Below, piece by piece: positions 17,265 to 26,862 of a stretch of 64,000 nucleotides of DNA. A program made the position numbers and the translations under genes. Location of the stretch: positions 1,167 through 65,166 of the forward strand of contig CAYQOU010000006.1 in the NCBI GenBank assembly GCA_964419255.1, given 5' to 3'. The stretch's first letter is position 1, and each line of letters starts with the position of its first letter. Source of the DNA: an uncultured Fibrobacterota bacterium (GTDB lineage Bacteria; Fibrobacterota; Chitinivibrionia; Chitinivibrionales; CAYFVL01). The notes beneath the pieces were generated by a model. It saw nothing but the letters and a program-made list of their open reading frames with translations, did no database searches and was not told the origin of the DNA.

Positions 17265-17524
17265 TGATTATCCTTTTCCAGCTATTGCGTTCAGAATCTT
17301 GCTGTAAAACAGGTGAATCACAAACGATTCGGTTTTCCCCTGCATTTGATTGACAGAAAATTCATTTACTCACATTTCCACTTTTTTTCAGTGGTGTGAA
17401 AATAGCATATGACCAGTCCAGCTTTGTTAAGCCGAGATACTGAAAAAAAAATCGGCAATTAGATTCCCTCTGCACTGTTCCGGACGTATTTTACCGATAA
17501 TATAAACCAGACACCGGAGGATAC

Positions 17525-18295
17525 ATGAAAAAAGCAGCAATGATGTTACTGGTTCTTTCCTGTGCAGTTGGTACTGCCTACTCTCAAACGGCACATGTAT
17601 TCGGTTCAGTCGGATACGGTTTCGGATATGGAGGATATACCGGCGATATTTTTCAATCATACACAGACGACAGGGGTGAGCTGAGCGACGTTGAAGATCA
17701 TTATTTCAATTATGGCAGAGGCATAAAGCTCGATGTAGGTGGCTGGTACGCACTTATGGAGGATTTGGGAGTTCAGGCGGCTCTCGGTTTCTCCTTCGGG
17801 GTACCCGATATTAATACTGAGCAGAACACGACTGCTTTAGTCGATACAAGAACCGATAACACAGAATATGATTTTTTCGTTTTTTCCATCAAGGTACAGG
17901 CGGTACCAAGATTTACCGTCGTTCAGCTTCTGGATATGTACCTGGGGGTAGGAACCGGACTATATTTTGCCAGCCTATCCTCGCAAACTGAGGCGGAGAT
18001 AGGTGGGACTACATATACCGAATCAGAAACATTCGATTCGAAAGCTGCTTTGGGATTCAATGGTTTTATGGGAGCAGATTTCCCCCTGATGGAAGATCTT
18101 TCTTTATTTGGAGAAATTGGATTCGAGCAGTTATCCTTCACCTGGAAGAAGCAGGAAATCACCGAAACAAACATCCCGGGTTCAAGCGAAAGTACTGTCA
18201 CCTTTGATAAGGATAGGCCGGATTTACCGGCCCCGCCAAAAATTCCCGGATCCAACTGGAGCCTCCGTGTAGGAGTCAAGTATTGGCTGTTTTGA
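17525..18295 (+). CDS. Outer-membrane beta-barrel protein (OmpA-beta-barrel/porin-like family)
   Basis: Signal peptide MKKAAMMLLVLSCAVGTAYSQ. Alternating hydrophobic/Gly-rich beta-strand pattern and a terminal aromatic residue (VGVKYWLF). Confidence 0.7.
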   Translation: MKKAAMMLLVLSCAVGTAYSQTAHVFGSVGYGFGYGGYTGDIFQSYTDDRGELSDVEDHYFNYGRGIKLDVGGWYALMEDLGVQAALGFSFGVPDINTEQNTTALVDTRTDNTEYDFFVFSIKVQAVPRFTVVQLLDMYLGVGTGLYFASLSSQTEAEIGGTTYTESETFDSKAALGFNGFMGADFPLMEDLSLFGEIGFEQLSFTWKKQEITETNIPGSSESTVTFDKDRPDLPAPPKIPGSNWSLRVGVKYWLF

Positions 18296-18330
18296 CGAAG
18301 AAAGCGACAAAAGGAAAAGACTAAGACATA

Positions 18331-18364
18331 AAGGTGGACACATATGTTCACCTTCTTTTGTTTA
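18331..18364 (+). terminator. Rho-independent terminator of the OM barrel gene
   Basis: AAGGTGGACA-cata-TGTTCACCTT forms a 10-bp stem with one G.U pair, followed by CTTTTGTTT. It lies 36 nt after the stop codon. Confidence 0.7.
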
Positions 18365-18453
18365 TATGGTCACAGAATTACAGCTACCCAATAACAGATG
18401 TTATTTTTCAGTCCCGTTCGCGCCCCCCCAACCATCGGATCCTGATTTTTTCA

Positions 18454-19344
18454 TCAGGCCTTTACCTCATTTTTTCCTGTTTCAATCTGCCCCTGTTCAT
18501 TGCGCCGGCCTTTACTCCACCGGATAATCCCCTCTACGATCCCACCCAGGCCGAAGATTGTCACCACCAGTTTTATCAGCCCTCCACCGATCGGAATCAG
18601 ACCGGCCAGCCAGAGAATCACCAGCCCGATAAGCACCTCCCAAATCATGGGAATTTCAGGCTTCTTTATGGCCATCCAAAACCGGTGCCCCACAATTTGT
18701 CCCACGGCAATATAGCCGAAAACGGCAGCGATTAAAAGCGCAGCAAACTCTACCGGCAGCAACACTATCCCAATAATGGAGACAGCAAGAACCACAGCCA
18801 CCGGTATTATAAGCACCAGTACCAAAAGCCCCCACAAAAAGGTCTTCAGCGGGTTTTGACTTATGCTGTCGGATACGCCTTCAAGCTGCCGGGGAAGAAT
18901 CGCGGCCAGCAGCAGTGCAAGGGCGGTAAAACCGATAAACATCAGCATGCTGAATGCGGTGGCAAAACCCCACCACACCTTTTCGAAACCCGGCCCGAAG
19001 AAATCCCCAAATCCACCTGCAATCTCCACAACATCACCTCTGATAATCGCCCCCGGCATCTGATTGACGCTCCCGCCAACCGATACCGCACTTCCCCCCA
19101 CAATGCCTTCGGGACCAATCGTTACCGATCCGCCGATTGCAACCGCATCCTGCGTAACTCTGCCATCTACGATCACCGAATCTCCGATGGATACGGCACT
19201 TTGCACTCTCATGTTTTTCGTAACATGTACCGGTCGACCGGTTCGGATTACGCTTCTGCCACGATTTTGCGCCCAGGCCAAAGAACAAAAGATAAATACA
19301 ATCAGACAGGACAGGAGACATCTTTTTATTGCAGAAGAGTTCAT
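18454..19344 (-). CDS. Membrane protein with a bactofilin-like (polymer-forming, beta-helical repeat) N-terminal domain and a multi-TM C-terminus
   Basis: Track ORF 18454..19449. The internal ATG 19344 gives a signal peptide (MNSSAIKRCLLSCLIVFIFCSLAWAQ). Repeats: SIGDSVIVDGRVTQDAVAIGGSVTIGPEGIVGGSAVSVGGSV. Four or five TM helices follow. Confidence 0.5.
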   Translation of the reverse strand: MNSSAIKRCLLSCLIVFIFCSLAWAQNRGRSVIRTGRPVHVTKNMRVQSAVSIGDSVIVDGRVTQDAVAIGGSVTIGPEGIVGGSAVSVGGSVNQMPGAIIRGDVVEIAGGFGDFFGPGFEKVWWGFATAFSMLMFIGFTALALLLAAILPRQLEGVSDSISQNPLKTFLWGLLVLVLIIPVAVVLAVSIIGIVLLPVEFAALLIAAVFGYIAVGQIVGHRFWMAIKKPEIPMIWEVLIGLVILWLAGLIPIGGGLIKLVVTIFGLGGIVEGIIRWSKGRRNEQGQIETGKNEVKA

Positions 19345-19480
19345 ACCGCTTCCCCTTGTGAAACAACCGAATCTTTTATGGGCGCAAAATAAATAAAGAC
19401 AATATGGAATAACCGGAAAAAAAAGAGGGCGAGAAGCTTTTTTTGGCATCCCGCCCCTTTCTTGTGTCGTTGTAATGATT

Positions 19481-20092
19481 TCAGGATGCCAGTTTTACGG
19501 CAATGTTTGCGACATGATTCCCCTGAAACCGTGCACCGGAAAGCTCATTCTCGCTTGGCATACGCTCACCCTTTGGTCCCGATATGGTGGATGCACCATA
19601 AGGTGAGCAGCCGGTTATCTCATTTACAATATTCTGGCCCGCAAACGCATAGGGCAGTCCCACATACACATAACCCAAATGAAGCAGTGTAGGCAAAAAA
19701 GACAAAATCGTGGATTCCTGACCACCATGCTGAGTGGCCGAGCCGGTAAATATGCTCCCCACTTTGCCCACCAGTGCACCACTTAACCATAAGGGCCCCG
19801 CACCATCCATAAATGCACGCATCTGCGCCGAAACGTTACCGAAGCGGGTGGGTGCCCCGAAAACGACCGCATCATAATCTGCCAGCTGTTCAACCTCAGC
19901 CACCGGTATGTGTGAGAAGGCTTTCTGCGCCTCGGTGATACCCAGTTTGGCGGTCAATTCAGCAGTCAGGGTCTCAGGCACGCGTTTTATATCGACCTCT
20001 ACGCCATCAACCGCTCGTGCTCCCTCTGCGACACTCTCGGCCAGTCTGTAAAGATGGCCATATGCCGAATAGAATAGAACCATCATCTTCAC
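19481..20092 (-). CDS. wrbA: NAD(P)H:quinone oxidoreductase, WrbA-type flavodoxin-like protein
   Basis: (V)KMMVLFYSAYGHLYRLAESVAEG...VVFGAPTRFGNVSAQMRAFMD...GSIFTGSATQHGGQEST. AGGAGG lies 7 nt upstream of GTG 20092 (first ATG at 20086). The track start at 20158 adds a non-homologous extension. Confidence 0.85.
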   Translation of the reverse strand: MKMMVLFYSAYGHLYRLAESVAEGARAVDGVEVDIKRVPETLTAELTAKLGITEAQKAFSHIPVAEVEQLADYDAVVFGAPTRFGNVSAQMRAFMDGAGPLWLSGALVGKVGSIFTGSATQHGGQESTILSFLPTLLHLGYVYVGLPYAFAGQNIVNEITGCSPYGASTISGPKGERMPSENELSGARFQGNHVANIAVKLAS

Positions 20093-20302
20093 GAAGTATC
20101 CTCCTTCTGAGTGTATAGAGTGAACATTTTTAATGAGCAAATCCTGTACCACAGTCAAAGGATGAAGGGCTCCACTCGCAGCTGTTTATGAATACGGGTG
20201 TGTTTTGGAACATCATTTGCTTTTTAGTTACCTCAATTCAAGCTCAAAGGCGTAGCAGCCCCGGGCTTTTCGGATAGTGTGATAAGTATCGGCTCGTGAA
20301 CT

Positions 20303-21070
20303 ATGGAGTTTTTTTGTATGTACACATTGGCGATTCTGACCGGTCCTTCCTGCGTGGGGAAAAGCCCCCTATTAAAAGCTGCCCGAGACCTCTACCCGGA
20401 GGCATTGGAGCCCTACGAGAAGGTAGTCTTGTACACCAGTCGTTCACCACGGCCGGGTGAGATTGATGGAAAAGACTATTATTTCCGCCCACGGAATACG
20501 ATTGATAAACTGGCCCACGGAGAGCACATCAGAGCATTCGAGGTGCGTGGGGATCTTCAGGCAATTGATGTGGAAGAGTTACAAAAGAACCTGCAGCACT
20601 CCCCTCTTATTTTTGAAGGAAATCCTTATGCCGCCAGGCTTATTGCACAGACAGCAGCAGATTTTGATATCTCGGTTCATTCTCTTTTTCTCTCCCCGGT
20701 AAACCAGGAGGAGCTCTCGGGTTTGATGGATATGCAAAGCATATCTGCAGCCGGCGTGATCACCGAGATGATGCGCCGAAAACTTCTTCGCCGCACCCGG
20801 GCTCAGAAGGGAAACCTGTCGCTGGAAGACCTTCAGATGGTGGAGCGGCGTGCCGGGGCGGCATTCGAGGAGATCAGGATGGCACCGCAGTTTGACTATG
20901 TACTTCCCAATCATGATGGTGAAGACAGTGAACATTGGGAGGCACTTTCGTTTCTTTTCGGAGATGCCCGCAAAGCGGTTCGAGCGTTTGTGCAACTGCT
21001 CGACGGCAAACAGAGCGCTCCGATAGAGACATGGTCAGAAAGCCTGTTTACTGGTAAGGATTTGGTATGA
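20303..21070 (+). CDS. Guanylate-kinase-like P-loop protein (divergent)
   Basis: P-loop ILTGPSCVGKSPLL and a GK-like segment LYTSRSPRPGEIDGKDYYF. Downstream GMP-site motifs are not recognisable and the protein is longer (255 aa) than Gmk. ATG 20318 is an alternative start, with GGAG 9 nt upstream. Confidence 0.6.
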   Translation: MEFFCMYTLAILTGPSCVGKSPLLKAARDLYPEALEPYEKVVLYTSRSPRPGEIDGKDYYFRPRNTIDKLAHGEHIRAFEVRGDLQAIDVEELQKNLQHSPLIFEGNPYAARLIAQTAADFDISVHSLFLSPVNQEELSGLMDMQSISAAGVITEMMRRKLLRRTRAQKGNLSLEDLQMVERRAGAAFEEIRMAPQFDYVLPNHDGEDSEHWEALSFLFGDARKAVRAFVQLLDGKQSAPIETWSESLFTGKDLV

Positions 21071-21981
21071 GTTATTCTCTTCACAAGGAAAAGAAACTGA
21101 ACGCTTCGGTTAAAAAAATTGTAACTCAACAGATTGAAAATGCAGTCGAAAGCCTGCAGTCTACCCGCGATGCTTCATCGGAAGGTATTCATGAGGCGAG
21201 GAAAAGCTTCAAAAAAATACGTGCCATCCTGCGCCTTGTCCGTCCGGCCATTAAAGGCAGATACAAGCAGGGAAACAGCATCTATCGTTCTTTTGGACAC
21301 AGACTATCAGATTGGCGTGATGCAAAGGTGGTTATCGCCACTCTCGAGGAGCTTCAAAAGACTTTTTCCGAAAGAATAAAAATGCATTTTTTCTCTTCCG
21401 CGCGCAAAGCGCTGGAAGCGCATTTCGATCCTGTCATGTCGGATATTGTCCGTCTCAGAATCACTGTCGAAGAACTTACCACCTCTCTTGCCGAGCAGAA
21501 AAAGAAATGGGGGGAAATGCCATTGACTATCTCGGTCGACGACATAACCGGTGGTGCGCAAAGGACATACGGCAAGGCACGTAAAGCCCGGCTGGTTGCC
21601 TATGAGCAGCCTTCCGGGCTAAACTTCCACCAGTGGCGCAAGTATGTCAAGTATCACTGGTACCATTTGCGTCTGCTCAAAGATATCTGGCCTCCGGTTA
21701 TGAATGCATTCATAGCACAGGCTCACAGCCTGGGAGACATGCTGGGCTCTGAACATGATCTTACTATTCTGCACGACAGCCTCACCGGCATGGATCAACG
21801 GCAGTTCGCCCCTGCCGATTTGGACATTCTTTTGGAGCTTATCGACATACAGCAGCAGAAACTTCGCCGACAGGCACAGGGATTGGGGATACGGCTTTTT
21901 TCAAGCACTCCCGGCGATTTTCGGCAGCGCCTTTCCTCCTGTATTTACGCCTGTCAAATGGAGGACGAGGTCAGGTGGTAG
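21067..21981 (+). CDS. CHAD domain-containing protein
   Basis: 304 aa, all-helical and rich in His/Arg/Lys. Characteristic IHEARKSFKKIRAILRLVRP and HQWRKYVKYHWYHLRLL segments. ATGA overlap with the upstream gene. Confidence 0.7.
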   Translation: MSYSLHKEKKLNASVKKIVTQQIENAVESLQSTRDASSEGIHEARKSFKKIRAILRLVRPAIKGRYKQGNSIYRSFGHRLSDWRDAKVVIATLEELQKTFSERIKMHFFSSARKALEAHFDPVMSDIVRLRITVEELTTSLAEQKKKWGEMPLTISVDDITGGAQRTYGKARKARLVAYEQPSGLNFHQWRKYVKYHWYHLRLLKDIWPPVMNAFIAQAHSLGDMLGSEHDLTILHDSLTGMDQRQFAPADLDILLELIDIQQQKLRRQAQGLGIRLFSSTPGDFRQRLSSCIYACQMEDEVRW

Positions 21982-22071
21982 TCGTCTTGGCACACTGTTC
22001 GCTGTCCTTTGTACGGCAGAAAGCATCCAGACAGACTCTTGCATCCAAGAGCCGAATCGAAAGGAACATGC

Positions 22072-24306
22072 ATGGCTTCCCGAACATACGCAGTAGGTAC
22101 CTGTCGTACGCTGATAATTTCACTGCTGGGATTGGGTGCCCTCTGTACGATGCAGGAAGGATCATCCGAAAGAAAGAGTAAATCGATGGAATGGGTTGGA
22201 AAGAATAGATTATCGGATCAAACAAGTCCCTACCTTCTGCAGCATGCCGACAATCCTGTCAACTGGCATCCCTGGGGAGACGAGGCATTCGAGCAGGCGC
22301 GTGCCCAAAATAAACCGGTCTTTCTGTCAATCGGTTATGCGGCATGCCACTGGTGCCATGTGATGGAACGAGAGTCGTTTGAGAATGCGGAAATCGCCTC
22401 CCTGCTAAATACTCATTTTATTTCGATCAAGGTAGACCGGGAACAGCGTCCGGATGTAGATGAGATATACATGAATGCGGTACAACTGATGACCGGCACC
22501 GGCGGATGGCCACTTACCGTGTTTCTGACCCCTGATAAAAAGCCTTTCTATGGTGGAACCTACTTTCCCCCGAGAGACCGGGAGAATCAGATGGGCCTGA
22601 TTTCACTTCTTAGCGCCGTTGCCTCGGCCTGGAAATCCGAGCAAAACAAAATTCTGTCAAATGCCTCCGATGTCACCATAGCGATGACACAGTACGCAGC
22701 CACTCTACAGGGGGACAAAAATACTCAGGCCAAGCTGACGGCAGAGGTTTTAGATAAGGCGACGCGCAAATTGGCCACAATTTTCGATCCCGATGAGGGA
22801 GGATTTGGAGAGGAGCCGAAATTTCCCCAGCCAATGGCTGTGGAAATTCTCTTGCGACAGTCATCAAATCGCGATTACACCCAGCCCATTGCCATGACTG
22901 TTTTGACATTACAGAAAATGGCTCGCGGTGGAATCTTCGACCATATAGGAGGAGGATTCCATCGATATGCGACCGACAAAAAATGGCGTGTGCCTCATTT
23001 TGAGAAGATGTTATATGACAATGCACTTCTGTGCGACAGCTATCTGCACGCCTATCAGGCAACCGGTGAGGAGCTGTTCGGCTCGACCGCAAGGCATATT
23101 CTCGATTACGTTCGACGCGAAATGACGCATCCAAAGGGAGGTTTTTTCTCCACGCAGGATGCCGACAGTGAGGGAAAAGAGGGTATGTTTTACCTCTGGA
23201 GCCGGGAAGAAATATTAAACATTCTGGGAGAGGAACAAGGGAAGGTTTTCATCGATTTTTTCAATGTGCGACAGGAAGGGAACTTCTCTTCACCACAGGA
23301 ATATCACAGAGGTAAAAATATCCTCTTTCGCAACGATTCAGAAAACCTGTTGGCGGAGAAACACGGTCTGACCACCAAGCAGCTGCTACAACTCGTCTCC
23401 AATGGATCGCATGCGCTGCTAAAAGAAAGATCTGGCCGAGTCCATCCGACAAAGGACGACAAAATTATAACCGCGTGGAATGGCATGATGATATCAGCCT
23501 TTACCCATGGTTATCAGATCCTGCGGGAAGAGCGATATCGTGACATTGCGGAAAAAGCGGCATTTTTCCTTCTCGATTCACTTTACGATGGAAAAAACCT
23601 CAGACACATGTACCGGGCGGGCAGAGCAGATAGTACTGCTTTTCTGGAAGACTATGCGGCCCTGATAATAGCCTTTATCGACCTTTACGAAACAACATTC
23701 GATCATAAGTGGCTGGTTCGGGCAGAAACATTAACCGAGCGCATGATAAGGCTTTTCTGGGATAAGAATGATGGTGGATTTTTTTTCCGCCCCCTGACAG
23801 AGCCTGCAATCATAACCCGCCTTAAACCGGCAAATGACGGCTCCACACCCTCGGGGAATGCACTGGCTGCATCCGCATTGCTGCGGCTTTCTGTCTTTCT
23901 GGATAATAATGACTACCGAACTAAAGCCGAGACGATTCTCCGCATGCACATAGAAAATATGATGACAAATCCCTTGGCTTATGCATCGATGATCTCTGCA
24001 CTCGACTTTTACATCCAGACTCCACTGGAAATTGCCATCGCGGGTGAGCCCGACGCGGCCGACACCAGACACCTGCTGTCGACCCTGCATAAGCAATACA
24101 TTCCAAACAAGATAGTGGCTCTGGTTTCACCCAATCAGGTGCATGGAACCGATATCCAGGACTATATCCCTTTGCTGTCTGGGAAAGGCCTTATCAATCA
24201 ACGAGCTACCGCCTACGTCTGCCAAAACTATTCCTGTGGGCCACCGGTGACCAATCCGAATTCATTCAGAGATATGCTTGTGGGTAGAACCACGACCCGG
24301 AGATAA
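22072..24306 (+). CDS. Thioredoxin-domain protein of the YyaL/DUF255 (SSP411-like) family with a six-hairpin glycosidase-like C-terminus
   Basis: [52 protein letters not shown] is the family signature. Track start is 22009; ATG 22072 follows AAGGAA and gives a hydrophobic leader. Confidence 0.85.
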   Translation: MASRTYAVGTCRTLIISLLGLGALCTMQEGSSERKSKSMEWVGKNRLSDQTSPYLLQHADNPVNWHPWGDEAFEQARAQNKPVFLSIGYAACHWCHVMERESFENAEIASLLNTHFISIKVDREQRPDVDEIYMNAVQLMTGTGGWPLTVFLTPDKKPFYGGTYFPPRDRENQMGLISLLSAVASAWKSEQNKILSNASDVTIAMTQYAATLQGDKNTQAKLTAEVLDKATRKLATIFDPDEGGFGEEPKFPQPMAVEILLRQSSNRDYTQPIAMTVLTLQKMARGGIFDHIGGGFHRYATDKKWRVPHFEKMLYDNALLCDSYLHAYQATGEELFGSTARHILDYVRREMTHPKGGFFSTQDADSEGKEGMFYLWSREEILNILGEEQGKVFIDFFNVRQEGNFSSPQEYHRGKNILFRNDSENLLAEKHGLTTKQLLQLVSNGSHALLKERSGRVHPTKDDKIITAWNGMMISAFTHGYQILREERYRDIAEKAAFFLLDSLYDGKNLRHMYRAGRADSTAFLEDYAALIIAFIDLYETTFDHKWLVRAETLTERMIRLFWDKNDGGFFFRPLTEPAIITRLKPANDGSTPSGNALAASALLRLSVFLDNNDYRTKAETILRMHIENMMTNPLAYASMISALDFYIQTPLEIAIAGEPDAADTRHLLSTLHKQYIPNKIVALVSPNQVHGTDIQDYIPLLSGKGLINQRATAYVCQNYSCGPPVTNPNSFRDMLVGRTTTRR

Positions 24307-24402
24307 CTATATTTCACAGGGTAGTAGAGCCTATAGATAGCAAATGCAGCAATGAGCCGATTTTCGATCTCGATCTATTCTAACTGGACGAAAGGGATCT
24401 AT

Positions 24403-25455
24403 ATGACAACAAAGCCAAAAGTAGCATTCTTTGACACCAAGCCTTACGACCGCCTTTCATTCGAACGGTTTATGAACGATTATCCCGTCGATATTCATTT
24501 TTATCATCCGCATCTGAGTGAGGAGACGGTGGCCTTGACTCAGGGGTTTGATGCTGTGTGTGTATTTGTAAACGACTCCGTATCACGGGAAGTAACAGAG
24601 CAGCTGTGTAACAATGGTGTTCGACTTATCGCACTTCGCTGCGCCGGATACAACAACGTCGAACTCGAATCGGTGTATGGCAAAATACATGTGGTGCGCG
24701 TTCCGGAATACTCCCCGTATGCCGTAGCCGAACATACGGTTGCATTGCTGCTGGCACTGAATCGAAAGACACACAAGGCATATTCCCGGACTCGTGACAG
24801 CAACTTCAGTATAAACGGCCTGTTGGGCTTTGATCTCCACGGCAAGACCGCCGGGATAATCGGCACGGGAAAAATCGGACGGGTCACCATAGGTATCCTC
24901 AGGGGATTCGGGATGAAGGTCCTGGCTTTCGACCCCTACCCTAACGAAAAAGCGGCCCAGGAACTGGGCTATACGCATGTGGATCTTGCTCAATTGTATG
25001 CGGAGTCGGATATCATCTCACTGCATTGTCCGCTGACGCCGGAAAACATGTACATGATCAACCGTAAATCGATAGCCCAGATGAAAGAAGGCGTATTTAT
25101 TCTTAATACCGGCCGCGGAAAGCTGATAAACACCTCCGATCTTATCGAAGGTCTGAAGAGTCAGAAAATCGGCGCAGCAGGCCTGGATGTGTACGAAGAG
25201 GAAACCGATTATTTCTTCGAGGATTTCTCCGGCGAGGTTCTCACCGATGATGTGCTTGCACGCCTGTTGACATTCCCTAACGTCCTGGTGACCTCACACC
25301 AGGCTTTTTTCACACGGGAGGCGCTCAACAACATCGCCAATACAACTCTGACAAACATAACCTCCTATTTCGAAAAGGGGGAGCTTGCACATGAAGTATG
25401 CTATCGATGCGGCAAGGGAGAGTGTATTCGTCAAAAAACCGGCAAATGTTTTTAG
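24403..25455 (+). CDS. ldhA: D-lactate dehydrogenase / D-isomer-specific 2-hydroxyacid dehydrogenase
   Basis: MTTKPKVAFFDTKPYD..., NAD site GIIGTGKIGR, and SLHCPLTPEN...LNTGRG...TSHQAFFT (catalytic His). Track start is 24352; ATG 24403 matches the N-termini of homologues. Carries a Cys-rich ~20-aa tail. Confidence 0.88.
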   Translation: MTTKPKVAFFDTKPYDRLSFERFMNDYPVDIHFYHPHLSEETVALTQGFDAVCVFVNDSVSREVTEQLCNNGVRLIALRCAGYNNVELESVYGKIHVVRVPEYSPYAVAEHTVALLLALNRKTHKAYSRTRDSNFSINGLLGFDLHGKTAGIIGTGKIGRVTIGILRGFGMKVLAFDPYPNEKAAQELGYTHVDLAQLYAESDIISLHCPLTPENMYMINRKSIAQMKEGVFILNTGRGKLINTSDLIEGLKSQKIGAAGLDVYEEETDYFFEDFSGEVLTDDVLARLLTFPNVLVTSHQAFFTREALNNIANTTLTNITSYFEKGELAHEVCYRCGKGECIRQKTGKCF

Positions 25456-25467
25456 GTGAACAGCTAA

Positions 25468-25493
25468 AGAGGCCCCTTGGGCGTCTCTTTTTA
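25468..25493 (+). terminator. Probable rho-independent terminator after ldhA
   Basis: AGAGGCCCC-TT-GGGCGTCTCT is an imperfect GC-rich hairpin followed by TTTTT, 13 nt after the stop codon. Confidence 0.55.
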
Positions 25494-25536
25494 TGGCTCC
25501 GCAGAAAAAAACAGAAACCCTGATACAATTCGGCAA

Positions 25537-26373
25537 CTAATTTCTTTTACGGATGCCAATTACATTGGGAAGCGGGTAAGACACGGAAAACGTTGCCCCC
25601 TCTTTTCCGTGCTCGTATAAACCATTAAGCTCGATGCCAGTATTACCCTTGGAAATGTACATTCCGGCGGGAGGGCCCCCCTCCAGGTACATCATTCTAT
25701 CGATGTTAAGTGGAAGATCCTGGCAGGTTTTGATGAAATTGTGAGTACTCATGGGCAGCTCCGAGAATATCATCATCAGCTCTCCATCATTATTGATGGC
25801 AAAAGAACAGATGCTTGTTTTTTTCTTCTGTTGCTGCCAGACATTTCTGCCGGTGCAGCTGATCATGCGAATATTCTGGATGACGCTCTGGTAGTGATTA
25901 CGTATAGAGTCAACATTATCACACTCCATGTCGAGCATTCTGAAACGGGGATCGGTTGAATCTTTGGGATTAAAGACCAGGACACTCTTATAATCGCGGC
26001 GAATACGCCCGTTATTCACATAATTAAACTGCTTCATATACCCGACATGCGTGCTGTAATCCTTTGCATACATCCCCGCATTTATAGCCGCTACAAGATT
26101 GTGCCTGCGGCACCATTCTTTCGTGGTTAAATTCGTGCTGTCAAGATTTCCGGCGCTGAGAAGATCCAGATCAAACTGCGATGTGTCGAACCGAAAAGCC
26201 GTGATCCGAAATGCATCAGTACTCCTGTCTTCGAATCGTCTCATGAAAACACCGGATGTTATCTCCTGCCATTTTCCCCTGGACGGGAATACCGTTTCAC
26301 TGGGAGTGATAAAGGCCAGGATCATGATCACAGGAACAATCGTTTTAAGTACTTTAGACACAGACACCTTCAT
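25537..26373 (-). CDS. Secreted protein, probably of the phosphodiester glycosidase (DUF2233/NAGPA-like) family
   Basis: N-terminal signal/anchor, then VAAINAGMY...VGYM and MMYLEGGPPAGMY. These resemble the NGGFF and DGGGS regions of the family. This is weak, by-eye similarity only. Confidence 0.4.
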   Translation of the reverse strand: MKVSVSKVLKTIVPVIMILAFITPSETVFPSRGKWQEITSGVFMRRFEDRSTDAFRITAFRFDTSQFDLDLLSAGNLDSTNLTTKEWCRRHNLVAAINAGMYAKDYSTHVGYMKQFNYVNNGRIRRDYKSVLVFNPKDSTDPRFRMLDMECDNVDSIRNHYQSVIQNIRMISCTGRNVWQQQKKKTSICSFAINNDGELMMIFSELPMSTHNFIKTCQDLPLNIDRMMYLEGGPPAGMYISKGNTGIELNGLYEHGKEGATFSVSYPLPNVIGIRKRN

Positions 26374-26461
26374 TGCAGCGATGAGTTTATCCTAATCCAG
26401 TCGAGCTGTGCTGTAGCAGACAAGCCCCACATTGAAATCAAAAGAAATCATGAAAAAAAGA

Positions 26462-26604
26462 TTTCTGTTCAGAAAAGCCACAATCAGTTCATCTGTCATC
26501 CCCGTCCCGCTGAAACGCAACAGAGATGACAAAAAACCGGCATGACCAACCTGCGCTAAAACTTCGGATGGTAAACATCCGTTCGGTACTTTTCTGAACA
26601 GAAA
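26462..26604. repeat. 143-bp structured element closed by a perfect 16-bp inverted repeat
   Basis: TTTCTGTTCAGAAAAG (26462-26477) is the exact reverse complement of CTTTTCTGAACAGAAA (26589-26604). Internal hairpins at 26494-26500/26525-26531 and at 26565-26581. A T7 run follows on the minus strand (26453-26459). Confidence 0.8.
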
Positions 26605-26862
26605 CTATTTAGGAAGATATACTTTTTTTACCTGTCACTGTGTGCGCAAAAACCCTTTTCTTCTATTGTACCATTATCAGACCCCACTTTCCAGCGGTAT
26701 TCGGAAAAATCAGCGAAATCATACCCTTGCAGAGATCAATCCGAAAGATATATGGCCCACTTGGGCTTCGGGTACCCTGTTATATTATCTAAAATATGCT
26801 TTGTATCACATAACCGCATGGAAAAAAAATAAGTGGATTCACCTTACCGGCGACCTCTATTG

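Noticed and set aside
19417-19462. Possible wrbA terminator (GGGCG ... CGCCC followed by T8 on the minus strand).
   Set aside because: The stem is only ~5-6 bp with a ~20-nt loop, so confidence is too low to list as a feature.
26462-26604. Reading the inverted-repeat-bounded 143-bp element as a MITE.
   Set aside because: There is no target-site duplication flanking the 16-bp arms (flanks AAAAAAAGA / CTATTTAGG). I noticed no second copy in the window. Kept as a finding under other interpretations, and a genome-wide BLASTN could revive this one.
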